From Octopus sinensis (taxonomy: Eukaryota), in assembly GCF_006345805.1 (NCBI RefSeq), contig NC_043007.1, forward strand, positions 43,462,001 through 43,526,000: a stretch of DNA of 64,000 bases, written 5' to 3'. Positions 26,267 to 40,149 of the stretch are shown one piece after another (the stretch's first letter is position 1; each line of letters begins with the position of its first letter). Both the position numbers and the translations under genes were made by a program. The notes beneath the pieces are model-generated. The model worked only from the letters and a program-made list of their open reading frames with translations, had not been told where the DNA came from and did not search any database.

Positions 26267-28160
26267 TCTGAGGAGCATTTGGTCATTTGCTCTTGTGATA
26301 GTTTCTCTGGAATTTGGTCTCATTGCCTAATATTGGCTTTAGCTGCTATTCCAAGCAATCCCCCTCTCATCTCTTTATTTCTTTCATTTCACTATATTTT
26401 CCTTGTAAGTCTACTGTATTTAATGCAATCACATCTTTTTGTTCTACCATCAACATATAGTTTTGGGTTACAAAACTCCTAGTTCTTATCATAATGTACA
26501 CGTTCTGTTTTTAAAAAAAAACAACTGACTATTGACTAATTGTTCAGTGACATTTGTATACTTCAGCCATTAAACTGGACCATAGAGATTAGTTAAAAAA
26601 AAGAAAAAGAAAATGAACAAATTGTTTTAGATACATTGCCATGATGTACTCTCTCGTTCTACTTAGGGTCACTATTCATATATGCATAACTTTGGAGTAT
26701 ATTTAAACAATGATCCCTGACTGTTGAAACTTATGAGGAACAAAATTAAGAGTGGTTGAGTATAATGACATATCGTATATGACAATATACTATATGAAGA
26801 ATTGAAACTTTCAAATGCTAATGGGTAAAACCTTTTCTTCCTTTTTTTAATTTAACATTATTGGTAAGTTAAGAAAGCTGGGTAGATATATTCTTTCATT
26901 AGAAATTAAATATTGTCAATTGTTTAGTTTGTATTTTTTTTTTTATTTTGCATTTAATTAATTTTTTAATTAATTTTGCTATTGCTTTACATAAGATTCT
27001 CTTATTTTAAAACACTTGCTTAATGGAAAATAGGTTTATCATAATACCTTTTCTATGTGGATATGGGACATCGTGAATAATATACCTAGCTAAAGCTAAA
27101 ATTAATTCCTCTCCCCACAAGAAAAAGAAATTAACCTCTTAGTTCTTTTTTTTTTCTCATTTATTAATAAATCTGGCCTTGTAACATTCTATTTTTTTGT
27201 GAATGTTTTAATAATGTCTAATGTTTTCTTCATCTTTTCAATCGTTCATTTTTAATTTATTTATCATTTCTCTTTACAATGGTAAAAACATACTTTCACA
27301 GAATGTCAGCATTTAGTTGAACTAATCTCACTAGCATGTACTTCTGCCAGTGTTTAATTGCTTCCAACATTTCACACCTATTTTCACCATATATGCCTCC
27401 TCATCAACACCTCTAAGCATTTTTGTCCTACATCTGATTCTTTGACCATCTGAAACTTCTCATTATGACCATCACAAATAAGCATTTTTTGTAAGAAAAT
27501 AACAGCAAAAGTATAAAAAGAAGTAAAAAAAATAATACTATCTTGTTTTCTTTTCTTATTTTTTCTAATAAAATCTTCAAAATACCAAAAATATAAGAGG
27601 GGGAAATTACAAAATTTTTCTTTTGAATCAAAGGAAAAAAATAAGCAAAATAAACAAATAAACAAAAAGAAAGAAAAACCAAAAGATTACAACATTTTTC
27701 TAATCATGTTTTAATTTTTTCACTACTTTCTTAAACATTGTCTTTGAAGAAGAAAAACTGAAAAAAAGCAAAACAATTTTCATTTTTATATACCCATCTC
27801 CAATAATTCATTTCCTTTTCCATTGTGATGTTAAAAGTTGTTATTAAAAGCAAAATTTAGAAATAAACCATAGATATGAGTAAATTATAAAGAATTACTT
27901 AGCAATTTGAAATTAGTAAACATTTAATTGCAATTAACTGAATGGCATTTTTTTTTACTTGATAAAGCTTAAAAACATTTCTAAGTCTTCAATTGAAAAA
28001 ATTCAGCCTAAATTTATTGAAACAGTTCTGCTTTGATAACTGATGTTGAATTTTTTTCCTCCTGTTGTAAATTGGTAAATAGTTTTACAATTTAGTAAAA
28101 TAATAATGAATAATTTTTATATTCTATGTTTTAAATAAATTATTTCCTTGTTTTCTTTTT
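26267..28160 (+). other. Probable long AU-rich XPO1 3' UTR with candidate poly(A) signals
   Basis: About 1.9 kb with no recognisable TE after the stop codon. AATAAA occurs at 27166, 27567 and 28134, the last followed by a T-rich tract. The true end is unknown without RNA data. Confidence 0.45.
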
Positions 28161-28326
28161 ACAAAACTTGAAACTTGGTCAAGTGGTGTGTTTAGATTAA
28201 AGCTGCATCATGTATTTACTCATATGTTGTGAAAAAGGACCAATGCGTTTTTGAATTTCATTTAAGAAAATAAAATAAAATATTTGATTGGAAACTAGAA
28301 ATATCTTATTTAGTAGCTTTGGTTTC

Positions 28327-28414
<88 letters not shown>

Positions 28415-29799
28415 GGCTTAGATATACAAGTAGAGCACACAAATGCATAGTTTTATGCACATATGCATTCGCAAGCATACACACAAGACATAAAGAAATA
28501 GTCTTCAAGAATTGAAGCTAGTATACTAACAAATGTTCCCATTTTGAAGTTCTTAAGAAATAGATAAATTTACTTTTAGCTATTTATGCTCATATGTGTG
28601 TGTATATATATATATATATATATTCCTGAGAGTGAAAAGTTGAAAGTTTGGGGCCAGTGATTTAGTATCTAAAAAATTTTTTTTATCATTAATTATTGGG
28701 ATAATATTTTTTTGTTATTTATTCTTAGACTAAACAAAAGTCTGTGAACAGTAATGAACCTGTTTGTTTAATCACCATAAGGCAAGTATCAGTAAGACTA
28801 TTCATTGACTCTAAAAGAGTTGTCTAATGTATTAAGTTATCTGTAAAGCTGGTTGAGGGGAAGAAAGTGTTTCATTATAATTTTACTGAAACCCAAACCC
28901 ACTATAAAATTCAACTATATTCTATAATATTCTTCACTAACAAGTTTAGTTTTGTTGCAAAGATGTATCTTTTTTTTTTTTTTACCTTTCCCCCCAATTA
29001 TTCTTGTAAATAAACTTTTATTGTGCCACACAATTTTGAAATGAAAGTTTAGTTTGATATTTTTTCCTCTCTATATTTCAGCATTTTTTCTTCTTTTGTT
29101 CAGCCTTTATATTCACAATTATTTTTTAAAAAATGTTGCTTGCTAATTTGTAATTTAATTTTTGTATTAATCTTGTAAGATTTGTGCATCGTCATCATCA
29201 TCATTTAATGAACATGAATGATGGTATTCCCTGTTGGCTGGGTTTGGCGGTTCAACAAAATCTAATTAGCCAGAGGACTGCATTGGGCTCCGATTTCTGC
29301 TTTGGCATTGTTTCTAACTAACCCCAACCACTTACAGAATACAGTGGGTGCTTTTATTGTGGCATCAGCATTACTGAGGTGCTTGCTCAAGTAGCTTGCA
29401 AAACAAAGTAAAAGCCTCTTTGATTGAGTGGGGTTGCAGTAGAGAGGGAGGTACCATTATGCCAGGTGTTGAGAGGCTGAAGTATGATCGAGGGACAGGA
29501 AAGTGTCTTATTGTAGAAGAGTTAACTGGCTACCCTATCAAGAAAGTAGAAAGGATGATGGTGATGAGATGTCAGAGTACACCTTCAAGGTACAGGATAG
29601 TGGATGAAAATAGAATAGGGATAGAGAATTGAGGATAGCTAGGTGGGCAGGTTTACCAGTGTGGAAGAAGTGTGACAGACTGTTAGAGATGGGAGATAAA
29701 AGTGAATGCAGTAAATGGTGAACAATAAATAGAACTTAGTACATGAATATACAAATACAGGAGGTTTGGGCCAATGTTTGTCCAAGATATACCTAAGTT

Positions 29800-29839
<40 letters not shown>

Positions 29840-31259
29840 CGCATATTCTTTTTCAGGCATTGGCATTGCTTTGAAGGGTTTAGCTCCAACAGATCGACCC
29901 AGTACTTGTTTTTGACTTATTCTATAAGTCTCTTTTTGCCAAATCGCTAAGTTACAGGATGTAAACAAGCCAGACAATTGTCAAGCGATGGTGGGGAACT
30001 AACACAGACACAGTGATATACACCACACACATGCCACAAGATTCTTTCAGGTTCTGTCTACCGAATTCACTCACAAGACTTTGGTTGGCCTGGAAGACGC
30101 CTAAGGTGCAGTGCAGCCACACCTGCGCCTATTAATATAAAATATTAAAATATATATTTTACAAATGTGTCTCATATAGTACGCTTATTAAGTTGTCATG
30201 AAAAAGAATTATGCATGAGTAAGACCATCTTAGGTTACTCCTAATTGTTGTGCTCATCTGGTGAACTCAGTGATTTATCAGTTCAGATCTATTTCGAGCG
30301 TTGCATTGTATCTATTTTCGTAACATTTTATTTTACATGCCAATTCATTTAAGCTTGAAAATTATAGAATGCTTATAGAAACATTCTGCATGAAATATGA
30401 CCATTGATTTTGAATATCTTACCTATACAAGAAACCATTTGTTTCTCATTGGCTTAATTTGTTAAAAAAAAGCAAAAGTCCAGTGTAGGCTGCATAGATC
30501 CTTTATGCTCATTATTCAAATTTCGCCAAGGTCATCTTTTTGGGGTCGATAAAATAAGTATTAGTTGAGCATTGGATGCGATGCAATCAACTGACCCGCC
30601 CCCCCACAAAATTTCAGGCCTTGTAGCTATAGCAGAAAGGATTATTAAGGTGGTGAGTTGCCAGAATCGTTAGCACGTCAGATGAAAAGCTTGATGGAAT
30701 TTCTTCTGGTTGATACGTTCTAAATTCAAATTTTGCCAAGATCGACTTTGTCTTACATCATCTCGAAGTTGATAAATCTCCAGTCAAGCATTGTGATTGA
30801 TGTAATCAACTTTCCTTCCCCTCAATTGCTGGCCTTATACCAAACTTATATTATTATTCATCGCTGAAACTGAACGCGTTTTGAAAGCTATATGAGTTTG
30901 TGCCTTGTTTCCCCTTTTTTAGATGCCGATTTCATTGTTCTACTTTGTTTCTTAGTTGATCAGAATTGTAAGAGAGTGACCATCCGCCTTTGTTACGTGG
31001 CAATATTTTAAAAGCAAATATAGAATTTCAAAATGGCGCCGTCTTTGTCGACCAGTGAGCTAGAGAGGAAGGCGGTATGAGTTTTTTGAAGGTGAAACCG
31101 TTTTCCGCAGTCAACATCTATCACAATACTACAGACGTAGTAATTAAAAATTGTAGCAACAACTATAGTAGCAACAGCAAGAACAATACATCGAAAGAAG
31201 CTCACAAAACCACTAGCAAATCTTGCATTAACACCACCCCACAATCTGTAAGAAAAAAA

Positions 31260-31960
31260 TATTGGTAGCAGCAACGATGATCCTAATATCAGCGGCAGAA
31301 GTGAAACTTCAAAAGAAAAATGTAATTCTTTTGTAAAGATCACAGATGCGTTCAATATCCCATTAAATAATATACACGAACGTTTAAAAAGCAGAGATAC
31401 ATTAATAGACATGAAAAGAAAAGCTATGCTCGATATACCAGAAAACTTTAAAATCAAAAAGGGGATCCCCCCCCCCAAAAAAAAAGAAACAAAACAATTC
31501 TGTATGGATGCCAACGAAAGGACAAATTAGAGTGTATACCTTCAGACGAAACTGAATTGTTTAAGGAACATATATGTCAAGGCGTAAGTTTTGTGAGACA
31601 TGCCCATAAATTCGGATACATCAGTTTATTTTTCATTGATGTCACAGGCACTCTACTGTCCCACAGAAAACTGAAGATGTCGCAGTCATACTGTTTTACC
31701 TAAAACGGAGATTAATATAAGTAAAATTTTCAAATATAACCACCAGAACTGCACTTTTAGCTGGAAAGAATTGTTTTAGAAAGGGGTTAGAGAGTTTGAT
31801 TCAGGTGAGGCCTGAAACACGAGACAAAATCTTCGACCTAATAGAGATCGTAGTAGAGCAGCGATTGCAGGTGGTAGTGGAGGATAGAAGGCCTCGATGT
31901 TACAACTGTGGAAAATATTAATCGCCTCAAGGACTTCTGCGCCGAACAACTGAAAATGAC
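31260..31960 (+). mobile_element. Decayed LINE ORF1 (gag-like) with zinc-knuckle remnant
   Basis: Frameshifted reading RLQVVVEDRRPRCYNCGK...KDFC (CCHC-like), preceded by about 85 open codons. Confidence 0.5.
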
Positions 31961-32075
31961 AGCTGAAAGAAGACAGCCTAACTGCGAACGCTACAGCAGC
32001 AACAACAACAGCAACAATGACTGCAATACCAGCTACAAGATTAGAAGCACCACCATAACTACAACAACAATAACA

Positions 32076-32395
32076 GGAGGCGCAATGGCCCAATGGTTAG
32101 GGCAGCGGACTCGCAGTTTCGATTCCCAGATCGGGCGTTGTGTGTGTTTATTGAGCGAAAACACCTAAAGCTCCACGAGGCTCCGGCAGGGGGTGGTGGC
32201 AACCCCTGTTGTACTCTTTCGCTCCAACTTTCTCTCACTCTTTCTTCCTGTTTCTTATCCCCGACTTCCTACGCAACCGCTGAGCCTGGATGCACATTCA
32301 TCCATCCGTCGATGCTCTCGGTGTCGGGGGTTGACCTGCTTTCTCTTCTGCGGGTCTTACGAATAGTAAAGGACCACGTTTCGGACTTCTCCCAC
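32076..32395 (+). mobile_element. tRNA-derived SINE inserted into the ORF1 remnant
   Basis: ggcgcaatggcccaatggttagggcagcggactcgc (A box) and tttcgattccc (B box), with the tRNA middle deleted. Confidence 0.7.
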
Positions 32396-32980
32396 ACTGG
32401 TACGAAGACCGTTTCGCTCAACAAACAACAACAAAAGTGGAAACAACAACAGCAAAAAAAAAAAAAAAAAGACACCGCCCACAAGAGTGGTTATGGTGAA
32501 AGAGGTTGTTTCGCGGACGAAGCTGAAAGGATTGAGATAAGACGCTTCCCTCTGGTCAAGACGTCATCGATTTTTCCTAAGTCCCACTTGGAAAAGAAAG
32601 TGAAGGTGGAGAGGAAGATGCTACCTCCCAGTGAATTTGCGAAAGGTTAACTGGCAAAATGGTTAGGATTAATGACTCTTCTCAAAGCACGCGCATATAA
32701 ATTGGAGAACAAGAGTTGGATGAGGTCTCGTGGTCAGGATAATCTTGGATCTGTGGGGTTCTTTGATTGCTCTAAGTTGGAGTTTCTCCTATATCAGGAG
32801 GACAACATCACTAATGTTATCATATAATTTGTATACTTAGTTTACTTCTATCACATATCACTGCCTTTTCCATTTTCTTCTCTTTATCTTTTTTGTAAAC
32901 AACCACACAAATTGTTGACTGTCCTTGTGATGTCCCCTCATCAATGTTTCTGTGTCTAATAAAAGAAACTACTACCTCTT

Positions 32981-33037
<57 letters not shown>
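32981..33037. repeat. (TAC)n microsatellite
   Basis: Direct reading. Confidence 0.95.
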
Positions 33038-33890
33038 TATTGTTTTGTATAACTTTATGAAAATGTCAAGTATCAGTTTTCAAGAATTAAAAAATATATA
33101 CAAGTTAATGAAAGCTTTCATAGTGATACAAATTATGTATAATTATAATTACTATTGTGTGGCTGCCACTTTTCAATTTCTTCAATTTTGTTTCAATCGA
33201 TTTCATATTTGGCGCATTGATGTAGTTTTGTATTGTGATTATTGACATGAAATTCATTTTCGTCATAAATCAATAGAGTAATAGCTTTTAAAGTTTGCAA
33301 ATTTTCGGTAATTTTAGTCAATCGAAAGCCACATTCATCTAAGTGCCTGTTTCCATAGTAACAAGCCAAGCTGTTACCACGTGTTCCTTTTTATAACGTG
33401 TTCGTGAGATGTGCTAAAAATAACTGCGAAATAGGCCTTAAATCACGCACCAAATTTTTTTTTCACAATCGTATGCATTTCTGGGTGTAGAATACAAATT
33501 CGCCAAAATTTTCTGAAAATTCCAAAAAATTAAAAAAAGTTACGAGGTATGCGTAAAGCAGAATTCCGCCAATATTTCATTTGTTTACAGTTTGATATTA
33601 AAACACATGCTATCGTCGCAATGCAATGACGCACAAAATGACAGTTCCCAAATCCTGTTTTCTGATTGGGTAAAAATGGTCAAACTTTAAACCTCTGTAA
33701 CTTGTGCAGCCAGATATACAAGATCCCAAACGTATAAATTAATATTGTGTAACAATGTAAATAGATTCTTTCTGTGCCCTTGATATGTGGAAAAAATGGG
33801 CGCGGTGACCTCCTGGCGAGAGAATTTGCTTATATAGCAGTTATTAATTTTGGTAAGTGAGACAGCCCTTAGTCGAAATCGTGACTATGC

Positions 33891-33932
<42 letters not shown>

Positions 33933-34762
33933 GTCTATCTGTCTATCTGTCTGTCTGTCTGTCTGTGTGTGTGTGTGTGTGTGTGTGTACATGCACGCGC
34001 GTGCACACCACTGTACAAACAACTCGAGGCATTTTAATACATTTGCGGTTTCATCTCGCAGTAAGAACTTCAGTCAATAAAAAGGCCAAAAAAAAAAATG
34101 CCATCTAGAATTTGAAAAATGGTAAATATGGAGTTATCTCTCCTAGACCATGAAAAAATTCGTAACTTTCTTGACCACTGATTAATAAATTTTTCTTTGT
34201 TCTCGAATAACAACATTGTTTTTCAAAACGTTACTCAAGAGATAGAAAGGTTGGGGAAGCGATTGTCATAACTTTACAAGTTTCTATCCCACACTGACGA
34301 GACTCATGCTCAGCTCGAACAGCTGTAATCAGTGTTTGATCCGAATGCTTTATTGGGTACAGGCATATGGTTAAGAAGTTCACTTTCCTGCTGTATGGTG
34401 TCGGGTGCAATTTCATACCACGGTACATAGACAAATAACTTTTACTTCAGTTTCGGGTTAACTAAAGACTTGTGAAGAAAAATCGGTTGACGGAAACTGT
34501 AGAAACAAGTCGGAGGAACCCTTCCTGATTTTGGGTAGACGACATAAACCGTCCTCTTCCCCAGTTTAACACCTCCACCTGGCCCTTGGAGTGTGGGCTT
34601 TAGCAGAGTCCAGTTTATTGCAAGCATTCGAACTAAGGATAACTTCCACCCTATTCAAAGATCTGTCTGTGAGACTCTGAAAACGGGTCCTGAATACTGC
34701 TGTTCGAACCTTGACAAGCCTATTTAATAGATAGACACACGCACGCACGCGCGCGCACGGCG

Positions 34763-34915
34763 GGCTCCTTTCAGTTTCCATCAACCAAATTCGTTGACAA
34801 AGATTTGGTCGGCTCGGGGCTATATTGAGAGATATTTGCCAAAGGTAGCGTGTAGTGGGATTGAACACAACACAGTTGGGCAGCAAGCTTCTTAATCACA
34901 CAACCATACCTGCGT
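34763..34915 (-). mobile_element. tRNA-derived SINE fragment
   Basis: Reverse complement gcaggtatggttgtgtgattaagaagcttgct...gttcaatcccactac matches the SINE head seen elsewhere in the window. Confidence 0.6.
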
Positions 34916-35159
34916 TTGCATGCATGCATGCATGCATGCATACATACATACATACATACATACATACATACATACATACATACATACATACATACATACA
35001 TACATACATACCATGGTCTTCTTTCGGTTTCTGTTTCCCAAATGTATTCACAAGGCCTTGGTCGGCCTTAGGATATAGTAGAAGACACTCGTGCACGGTG
35101 CCTATCCATGCCTGTACGCGTTTATGTGTGTATGTGTGTGTGTATGTATACACTTTATG

Positions 35160-35600
35160 AAGTCTGGGTCGTGGTTTGCACAGTCTAGTATGTCCTAAGC
35201 GATTTCCGATCCGCCAGCCCCTTGGGGACGAATTTCGCCGACACACTCCGCATGCACAAATCCTCGGCTAAAATGGAATGCACTGATTCTGTGCTTAGTC
35301 CCACTTCGTGAGCCATTTTGTAGAATGTTTCACAACAGTCTTCCATGACTATTCGCTGGACCTACTCTGTTGACTCCTCGTTCCAGCTTGTGGATAGCCT
35401 GCCTGAACCTGCCTGGTTCTCCACTAAGGTTCTGCCATGTTTGAAGCGATCGTACCACTCCTTGATTTCAATTTTGACCATAGCACCATCACCAAAAGCC
35501 AGTGAATGTTTTGGATGGTTTGAGCTTAAGTATCACCAAGCTTTTGGCAAAACTTGGTGTAATGTTCGATACGTTCGGTGAAAACAAAAATCTGATGCGC
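35160..35600 (-). mobile_element. Mariner transposase N-terminal (HTH) pseudogene fragment
   Basis: The minus strand reads AFGDGAM...EWYDRFKHGR...SGR...HSILAEDLCMRSVSAKFVPK. Confidence 0.75.
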
Positions 35601-35975
35601 ACACTACACGTCTATACTCCACACAAAGAAGAAACAAGCTCCAATATACAAGTACAAACACTATGCCCAGAACAAGTTGATACAAATAATACAAAAAATT
35701 AAGAAATGTACCGTAGAGACGAATTCAAGGGAGATAAACGCCGAAAATGTATTTTAGAGTAGCGTCCCCGTGATTCAGTGTTTCATTTACGAGTAATCCC
35801 GTAAATAAAATGAGATTGTTTTCCAAAATGGAAGCGAAAACCTTTCTGCATTGTGATCGGCTTGAAAAATTATTAAGATACTTGGTTATTTTCCCGCCCT
35901 TCTTAACATGAAATCAATGCTAGCCATAATTCAGAAATAAAGAACACACACACACACACACACACACATGTTGTC

Positions 35976-36024
<49 letters not shown>

Positions 36025-36289
36025 GACAACATGTGCCATGAAGCACGAGTACATGGACTATTCTTTCGAACAACGAAAGATCAAATGAAAAACAAATCAA
36101 AAAATAAAGAACGACCCTTCATTAGTTGTTGGCTGTTTTTCTAGTCTCGTATTTCGAGCATTTAACAATATACGCTTTCGATAAAAAAAGTTGCTCCTGC
36201 AAAGCAAATGAAATAAAATTTGGGATTTTACGGAGGGTCAAAATAGGTAACACAAATAGAGCAGTGAAAAGAAACAGGAAGGGCTGCTA

Positions 36290-37655
36290 AGCCTAAAAGA
36301 GGTTATGGTGGTAATATGCACTTGAAAAGAGGTATCATCACTCATGTCGATACCCAGGTCCCTCACTGATTTAGGCTATGTGATTGTAATTCCCTGAGGA
36401 CCAGCGTACCCTGTAAGTTTCATCTTCAGTTTTGGACGCTGGTAGCGCAGGGCTTGGAATTTATGAGCTTTAAACTGCATATTATTATCCTCATCCCATC
36501 TGTAAATGGAGTCCAACTCCTGCTGCAGATGTACAACATCGCTGGGGTTCTGTATTTTTTGGGAGACATTCGTATCGTCTGCGAAGCTAGCAAGGGTGGC
36601 TATCCGGGCAGTTGAGGGTATATCTGAGAGGGCCACTATGAAAAGTAATGGTCCCAAGACAGTGCCCTGTGGAACACCGCTCACCAGTTGTATTTTCATT
36701 GAGGTGGCTCCATTGGCAACTACTGCTTGACTTCTATCTTTCAGAAAGTCCATCAGTTTGTGGCATATCATACCATGATCTACTTTATCAAAAGCTTTTG
36801 CAAAATCAAGGTATATTACGTCCACATTTGAGTTGTTGATTAACTGCCTCAACATCCAGTTATAATGTTGTAAGAGTTGGGTCAGGCAGCTCCAACCTGG
36901 TCGAAAGCCATGCTGGGTATCACTCAGCAAATTATTTTCTTTAAGGTATGTGATTAGTTTCCCTCTGGCTATCCGTTCCATGACTTTGCTGATGTGTGAA
37001 GTCAGAGAGATAGACAGTTTTTGGTATCTGTTCTGCTTCTCCCTTTATGGATTGCGCATATTATTCCCTCCTTCAGCTTGCTTTGCAGCCTGCCATTTGC
37101 AAGGAAGCTCTGGAAGAGAATCTGGAGGGGTTATGTCAGGGCACGCTTACGCGATTTCGGAAATCGTCGGGAACAGCAGTTGAGTTTGCGTCCACCTCAT
37201 CTATGGATAGTAGTATATCTTCGCAAATGTCGATGTTTTCCATCATAACTGGTTATAGGTGAGGCGACAAAGAAATCCACTGCTTCGTTCACATGTTTGT
37301 GTTCCAACGGGGTGGTACAGACACTTTTGAACTGGTCATTCAGTACCTCACTGATTCTGGTTGGACTATCTGTGAGGGAGCCATCCTTTTGGAAGAGGGG
37401 TCCTATCTTGCTGTGTACTGTGGGTATTTCTTTCGCATAATGATAGAAGGCCTTTGGGTTTGACATAATGTTTTTTTATAACCCAGGCTTCTTTGTCTGC
37501 TCTCTCCCTCACATAGGATTGTTGCAAGTTTTTATCAATTTCCATCAGTGTTGGTTTTAGGCGAGACCTTTCGCTACTTTTGGAACGTTGGTTGAGGCGA
37601 TTTGCAACCTTCGTCTGTCGTCCCATGAGGGTATTCCTCTCCCTTGGAATTGGAA
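36290..37655 (-). mobile_element. CR1/L2-type LINE ORF2 reverse transcriptase fragment (frameshifted)
   Basis: DVIYLDFAKAFDKVDHG, GVPQGTVLGPLLF, FADDT, VRDLGI. Upstream NPKAFYHYAK...KIGPL linker. Confidence 0.92.
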
Positions 37656-37656
37656 T

Positions 37657-37696
<40 letters not shown>

Positions 37697-37707
<11 letters not shown>

Positions 37708-38372
37708 GAAAAATACAAACTGGGACAAGAACGTAAAACATTTAGAAGACTATACAAAAAACACGGACGGGACATTCGAAGCCTTCAATCTTCAGTCAAG
37801 AACCGGATCATCCTAGCAATTTCGGCTGATTAATCTTGAGATCGCTCCGATCCGGCCAGCCCCAAGGAAAAACTAGGCTACGAGCATTAGATTTCTTGGA
37901 AGAAGGATCGAATGTATACGAAACAGGGACAGAAAAACGGACGATGCCAGACGAATATAAAATACAAAAAACAATAATAGTAAAAACAGGACAAAAAACA
38001 GCGGGTATCTTACGACTAATAAACAGTACAAGTTTAGCTGGCGTATTTGGAGAAAATGCCTTTATCGGCAGACGAAGACAACAGATGTTCTCACGGCAGT
38101 GGTCGGAGGCCAAAAGGCTGATTTTGACCAGCGGTCACGTGAGAGAAGATAGAGAAAAGAAAGGGGGTAAAGGAAACAAAGAGAGAGATAAAGAGGGACG
38201 AAGGCAACAAAGGGGGGGAGAAGAGAGAGAAAGAAGGAATTAAAGAGGGGAGAAGAAAGAGTGTGTGCCAAGGAGGGCTAGTGAGTGCAAAGTGAGAAAG
38301 ACAGAGAATTGTGAGAGAGTGGGGGGAAGAGTAGACCAAAGAATCAGAGGCAAGAAAAGAGAAAAGGAGGAG

Positions 38373-38416
<44 letters not shown>

Positions 38417-38798
38417 GGACAGATCAAAGTAGAGCGCAAAGTGTGAATGACAGAGAAATGTAGGAGAGAGAGACAGTGTGTAGATTCGTACCAAATTTAC
38501 AGGAATATGTACTTACATAAGGCCAACGAGGGTACGGACGTCGCTATATATATTTTATATGTAGAAAAATACAAACTGGGACAAGAACGTAAAACATTTA
38601 GAAGACGATACAAAAAACACGGACGGGACATTCGAAGCCTTCAATCTTCAGTCAAGAACCGGATCATCCTAGCAATTTCGGCTGATTAATCTTGAGATCG
38701 CTCCGATCCGGCCAGCCCTAAGGAAAAACTAAGCTATGAGCATTAGATTTCTTGGAAGAAGGATCGAATGTATACGAAACAGGGACAGAAAAACGGAC
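37697..38798 (-). mobile_element. Penelope-like non-autonomous element with ~245-bp direct repeats (37697-37941, 38553-38798), (TA)n-flanked
   Basis: Near-identical direct repeats with an 856-bp period. Each carries a minus-strand CTGAAGA...GAAT hammerhead-like core. Confidence 0.55.
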
Positions 38799-38823
38799 AT
38801 ATATATTTATATTTATATATCTT

Positions 38824-38857
<34 letters not shown>

Positions 38858-39044
38858 TATATAATATATATATATATTATAATATATATATATATTCATG
38901 TATATATATATATTTATAAATATATATATATATAATATTATATATATATAATATATATATATTATATATATTATATATTATATATAATATATATATATAT
39001 ATTCATGTATATATATATATTATAATATATATATATTATATATA

Positions 39045-39102
<58 letters not shown>

Positions 39103-39204
39103 TTATTTATAGGGAGAATTCACGAAAAAAAAAACAAAAGACGAAGACAGGTGGTGTAGAAAACAAACAGATGTATTAGTATAATGCTTGGGCTTTGAAA
39201 AAGT

Positions 39205-39240
39205 CTTTAACGTTTCGAGCCTACGCTCTTCCACAGAAAG
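39205..39240 (-). ncRNA. Minimal type I hammerhead-like motif, variant core
   Basis: Reverse complement CTTT-CTGTGGA-A-GAGC(GTAG)GCTC-GAAAC-GTT-AAAG. Stems I and II are intact, with an A6>U deviation and a GUU site. Confidence 0.55.
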
Positions 39241-39712
39241 GAACACAAAAAGAAACAAGGAGAGAAGAAAAAGTGTGTGTAGTGGCTACCGATCTATCAT
39301 GGCGAATGCCGGATAGAAGGGTCACACAGGAGCGCGAAGAAGTAGGGGAGATAACAATGTAGTAGTGATTCCAAAACGAAGGGGCGCATGTGTGTAAGAG
39401 AGTACGTATGTACGTGTGAAAGAGGCTGGTGATCTTGACGTGTGCGTGTGTATATGTGTAGGTGGGAAAATGTGGGGATGAGAATTGGTCAGTGCTGGCG
39501 TGTGGGTGGTGGTGTGTTGTGATGTGATATATATATATATATATATTTGTATATATATATAATATATATATAATATATATATATTATATAATATATATAT
39601 ATATATATAATATATATATACATATATATATATATATAATATATATATAATATACATACTATATATATATATATATATTATATATATCATACATACATAT
39701 ATTTGTATATAT

Positions 39713-39748
<36 letters not shown>

Positions 39749-39826
39749 GTATATATATACATATATATCTTCATATATATATATGTAATATATATATATA
39801 TATAATATTATATATATATATATATC

Positions 39827-39877
<51 letters not shown>

Positions 39878-40149
39878 TGTATGTATATATAGATATTTGT
39901 ATTTATATATATATATTATATATAATATATTTTTGCTGTTATTCACTACGCAAGAGGCTGTGCACTGGCACCGATTGCAAATTCTCTCATTTACCAGTGA
40001 CTAGACGCTCAATTCCAAGTCACAACAGCCGCTACCGTTAAAGTGCACAATCTAAAACAACGCCACTACCATCACTGCCATCACTCTTACGAAATACTAA
40101 ATCAAATTTGAAAAAACCTCTCACGTTACACGGAACCCTAGAGTCTGCC

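Noticed and set aside
31008-31514. 168-aa minus-strand ORF
   Set aside because: No recognisable domain. It is the antisense shadow of the A-rich plus-strand ORF1-like remnant.
32076-32135. tRNA gene candidates (also 10955, 53710, 56440, 63900)
   Set aside because: They have A/B boxes but no complete cloverleaf, and they continue into shared SINE bodies.
36141-36190. Minus-strand AGCG...TGCT-C-GAAAT stem resembling an HHR
   Set aside because: No CUGANGA core and no stem I or III could be drawn.
37836-38243. 135-aa plus-strand ORF inside the direct-repeat element
   Set aside because: Low-complexity purine-rich C-terminus, with no RT or GIY-YIG motifs.
39322-40041. Long ORFs rich in IY, TH, VC, poly-V/T/H/D (also 28197, 34771, 45557, 48432, 52816, 56680, 58967)
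   Set aside because: These are translations of (TA)n, (CA)n, (TACA)n and trinucleotide microsatellites, not proteins.
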